Of a DNA stretch of 64,000 bases, positions 61,946-64,000 are shown piece after piece (the stretch's first letter is position 1; each line of letters opens with the position of its first letter). Position numbers and translations under genes: made by a program. The DNA is taken from the NCBI RefSeq assembly GCF_009914755.1, contig NC_060942.1. One strand, given 5' to 3'. The notes under the pieces are model-generated. The model was given only the letters and a program-made list of their open reading frames with translations, did no database searches and was not told where the DNA came from. The DNA is from the human T2T-CHM13v2.0 reference genome, Homo sapiens.

Positions 61946-62652
61946 AACAAGACTATAAAGAGCAAGGGCAAAAAACACACCAAATGGTAGTTCTCCAAGA
62001 GCTATTGTGGGGTTAGTGGGTGGTTGCTAATGGTGTCTTAATTTTGTAGCACTTCAGTAATGGTCTGGATACTAAAAACTTTAAAATGCACATACATTGC
62101 TTTGAGAAAACACCAGGCTAATAGACCTAGTCAATATCTTGTTGAAAACTCAAACGAAAATGAACAAAGCTGAATTAGGTCCAAATTAAGTAGAATGCAG
62201 TTCAGCAAGCTTGAAAAGAAGAACTGAACAGTTGTCAAGGGCAGGAAGGTGAAAAAAGGTGCAAGAGATAAAAATCGAGGAGTCAGGAGCATGGCCACTG
62301 GAATCCGGAAGAGAGCACTGTGGACAAAAGGTCAATTTCAGTAACTGGATTCATACGTGGGTGAATCACAGATCACACAGAAACCACTGGGTTCCCTTGC
62401 CATTCCATTCAGCGTCGCTTACCTGCATTCTCAAATTGTGCTTCCAACTCTGGGGTTTACACCTGGTAACCTGAAAAACAAAGAACCATGGATTGGTTAG
62501 ATTTACATATTAACACTTAGGAAGAGAAGGTATTGCATATTCATTCATTTGTTCATGCCCTACTTCCTACTCCCTATCCCCATCCAATCTTCTGGTCACC
62601 TACACTACTCACCTCTGGAGAGGCCGTAGAGCAGTGGTCAAAAGCATGACCT

Positions 62653-62989
<337 letters not shown>

Positions 62990-63564
62990 TCACACCTCCA
63001 ACGTTTACTGTAAGTGATGCTGGGCAAGTCACTTAACCTTTTGCGCCTCTGTTTTCTCATCTATAAGGTGGGAATAATGATTCAGAATTATGCGAATTAA
63101 CTGAGTCAATACATGCAAAAGGCTTAGAACAGTACTTGGAACTTAGGAATCACACAATTCCATTAGCTGCTTAATATTATTATTAACATTAATTCATATT
63201 ATTATTACTCTGCTGGGCATTGGGATTGTGGAAAGAATCAGATGTTCTCCCTGTTGTGGCAGAGCTCATGTCTGGTGCGGGAATCTACTAAAATGCTGCT
63301 TGGAAAACATAAAGGAAGAGGTGGGCACAAGTTCTTTGGGGTCCCATAAAAACTTTAATTCTGTCCAGTGGGAAAGCTAAGATTTCAAAGACCAGGGGGC
63401 ATCTGAGTAGCAGAGAGGATGACAGTGATTATTGGCGAAGGGAGCAATATGTACAAAGGTCAGAAAGACGTAAGAGCCTGGCTCCCTTGAGGAACTGTGA
63501 TTGACTCGGTGGAGCTGACATAGGGTATGAGGGACGGATCCTCTGCAGATAAGCTAGAAAGGTA

Positions 63565-63860
63565 GCTCCCCTCACTTCTGGTGCTTGCTAGCAATCTCTA
63601 TCATTTCCTTGCTTGTGGTTGCATCACTCCAATGTCTGCCTTCGTCTGCACGTGGCCATCTTCCTTCTGTGTTTCTGTGTCTAAATTTCCTTTTTATAAG
63701 GACACCACTCACTGATTAAGGTCCACCCTAATCCATTATGAGCTCATGTTAACTTGATTATATCTGCAAAGACCCTATTCCAAATGAGGTCACATTCATA
63801 GGTACCAGGGCTTAGGACTTGAACGTGTCTCTTGGGGAGGGCACAATTCAACCCACAGCA
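63565..63860. mobile_element. MLT1 (MaLR) LTR fragment
   Basis: ATCTGCAAAGACCCTATTCCAAATGAGGTCACATTC...CACAATTCAACCCACAGCA. Confidence 0.75.
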
Positions 63861-64000
63861 GGGCCTGACCAGTTAGAGCAGCTGGGAGCTGCAGACAGAC
63901 ACACATTTTACATGGATCACTCCCGTGATTTGACGTGAGGAGGCTGGAGGGCTATGAGATGCTGAAGGATCAGTTAGGAGTTTATTGCAAAACAGCAAGT

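Overview
This is primate, apparently human, genomic DNA carrying the complete LMAN1 (ERGIC-53) gene on the minus strand. I traced 13 coding exons (ATG at 40710, TGA at 12584-12586), all with GT-AG boundaries; they sum to 1533 nt and give the 510-aa protein ending in KKFF. The gene has a CpG-island promoter with an ER-stress element and a 3'UTR of about 3.3 kb. The first ~400 bp look like a minus-strand photoreceptor-type promoter, probably CPLX4 by known synteny. The remainder is mostly interspersed repeat: two near-full-length dead L1s, 11 Alus, solo LTRs, and MER/MIR/L2 relics. I found no novel multi-gene system. The most interesting observations are a templated Alu-into-Alu insertion, an exon 8 acceptor without a polypyrimidine tract, a candidate cryptic terminal exon in intron 10 predicting a soluble LMAN1, and an isolated 48-nt exon-like unit at about 62.4 kb. 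Repeat subfamily names come from recalled consensus sequences and their edges are approximate.
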